Below are positions 62,389 to 64,000 of a stretch of DNA of 64,000 nt, in pieces. Positions within the stretch are counted from its first letter, which is position 1, and each line of letters starts with the position of its first letter. The notes under the pieces were generated by a model. The model was not told the origin of the DNA. It did no database searches and saw only the letters and a list, made by a program, of their open reading frames with translations. The DNA is from Histomonas meleagridis 2922-C6/04-290x (lineage: Eukaryota; Protista; Parabasalia): assembly GCA_020184695.1 (NCBI GenBank), contig JAANOX010000034.1, forward strand, positions 186,001 to 250,000. Reading direction: 5' to 3'. A program made the position numbers and the translations under genes.

Positions 62389-64000
62389 TTATTTAGTAAG
62401 CATTTGAATAATATCAGCGTATCCATTATTGGATGCATACATAATTGCTGTTTTGAATAATTTAAAAAAATTCCAAACATTTTCATGAAATATTAAATTA
62501 TCAAAATAGACAAAAATTAAAATAAACAAATATCTTTAGCATTAATATCAATTCCTTTTTGCTTAACAAGTAATTTAACGATTTCTGTGTTACCACAACG
62601 AGCTGCATAAATAAGTTCTGTCCAAAATAATTAAAATAATTTCCAAATATTATATACAAATATTATATTTTCAAAATAAACATTTAATAAAATTAATAAA
62701 TATCCTTGGCATTAATATCAATTCCTTTTTGCTTAACAAGTAATTTAACGATTTCTGTGTGATAAAAACGAGCTGCATTATTAAATGCTGTTCGCAATGA
62801 TTATAAAGGATTTCATTAATTATTTTGAAATATCATATTATTAAAAGAAATTTTAAATGAAATAAATAAATATTTTTAATATTAACATCAATTTTCTCTT
62901 GTTCAAGAAGTAATTTAACTGTTTCTATGTGACCATTTCGAGATGCCCAAATAAGAGCTGTATCAAATATTTTCAATAATTTCCAAAATTTATTTTGAAA
63001 CATTAAATTAATGTTGAAAAAATTATATATAATAAATATATATCTTTTGCATTGATATTGATTCCTTCTTTTTCTAAAAGTAATTTAACGATTTCTGCAT
63101 AACCTTGAGAAGATGCCCATATAAGTGCAGTGGAAAATATTTTATATAATTACCAAATATTATTTTGAAACATCAAATTAATAAATTGAATTTTAAATAA
63201 AACAAAAATATATCTTTAGCATTAATATCAATTCCTTCTTGTTCAAGAACTAATTTAACAATTTCTGTATAATCAAATTGAGATGCTCTCATAAGTGCTG
63301 TATCAAATAATTTAAATAATTTCCAAATATTATTTTGAAATATCAAATTATCAACACAAATCTTAAATAAAACAAATAAATATCTTTAGCATTAATATCA
63401 ATTCCTTCTTGTTCAAGAAGTAATTTAACTATTTCTGTATAACCATTTAAAGATGCTTTAATAAGTGCTGTTTTAAATAATTTAAATAATTTCCAAATAT
63501 TATTTTGAAAATTTAAATAATTAAAATAAATATTAAATAAAACAAATAAATATCTTTAGCATTAGTATCAATTCCTTCTTGTTCAAGAATTAATTTAACT
63601 ATTTCTGTATGACCATTTTCAGATGCATATATAAGTGCTGTATTAAATAATTCAAATAATTTCCAAATATTATTTTGAAATATCAAATTATCAACACAAA
63701 TCTTAAATAAAGCAAATAAATATCTTTAACATTTACATCAATTTCTTTTTGGTCAAGAATAAATTTAACAAGTTCAAAATTTTCTGATTCTATAGATTTA
63801 AGCAAAATATCCATAGGAATATTATTATTTTTGAGGAAATGTTTTACAAGATATAAGTTTCCTATTCTTACACACTCATTGATAGTAAAATCATCAATAT
63901 CCAGACCTTCTTTTTCTAAAAACGAAAGAATTTCATAACTTCCATTGATGATACACAAATAACCTAAGTCATTAATATTTTGGTACATTTCATCATTTTG
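62389..64000 (-). CDS. DUF3447-like + ankyrin-repeat protein (5' part outside the window); frame restored by removing 32 17-nt elements
   Basis: ORF 63988-63683 runs to 'DVNVKD'. Eight spacers at 63721, 63551, 63381, 63211, 63041, 62871, 62701 and 62531 decode to KDGN, NKGK, KDGD, KDGS, NNGD, KDER, NNGW and FNGK. All seven 90-nt blocks and the final block are open, ending TAA(A) at 62391-62389. Confidence 0.8.
62441..63730 (-). repeat. 170-nt period tandem ankyrin/spacer array (8 units)
   Basis: TAL-coding 10-mers at 62441, 62611, 62781, 62951, 63121, 63291, 63461 and 63631, with an exact 170-nt period. Confidence 0.95.

Noticed and set aside
49441-63730. CRISPR-like array (regular repeat/spacer period)
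   Set aside because: The context is eukaryotic, the conserved part encodes ankyrin repeats, the spacers are related to one another, and there are no cas genes.

Overview
Very AT-rich eukaryotic genomic DNA, most likely from a parabasalid (trichomonad) protist. This is an inference from Inr-like TCA(T/C)T motifs just upstream of several ATGs, long uninterrupted ORFs, and DUF3447-like/ankyrin, BEACH and class F flavodiiron genes. The window holds two axonemal dynein heavy chain genes (one canonical, one with a degenerate AAA1 P-loop), a BEACH/WD40 protein, a flavodiiron-rubredoxin-oxidoreductase fusion, a GBP/atlastin-like GTPase, Arf, Rab and Rho GTPases, MetAP2, a surface protein, and a 600-bp defective mariner inside an Hsp70-like remnant. 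The main observation concerns five ankyrin-repeat loci on the minus strand. In them, the beta-hairpin loop between consecutive ankyrin repeats is broken into 20-nt modules, each a 17-nt AT-rich element (usually RT...TT, almost never GT...AG) followed by one codon. Removing only the 17-nt elements (about 121 counted by hand) rebuilds consensus ankyrin loops (KD-KYGD-TAL, QD-NRGD-TAL, KN-NKGW-NAL, VN-SDGS-TAL, KD-NNGE-TAL). It also gives fully open reading frames at 34062-35350 and 62389->64000. This points to an unusual gene-expression mechanism, either ultra-short non-canonical introns with single-codon micro-exons or an equivalent bypass/editing process. The mechanism cannot be determined from DNA alone.
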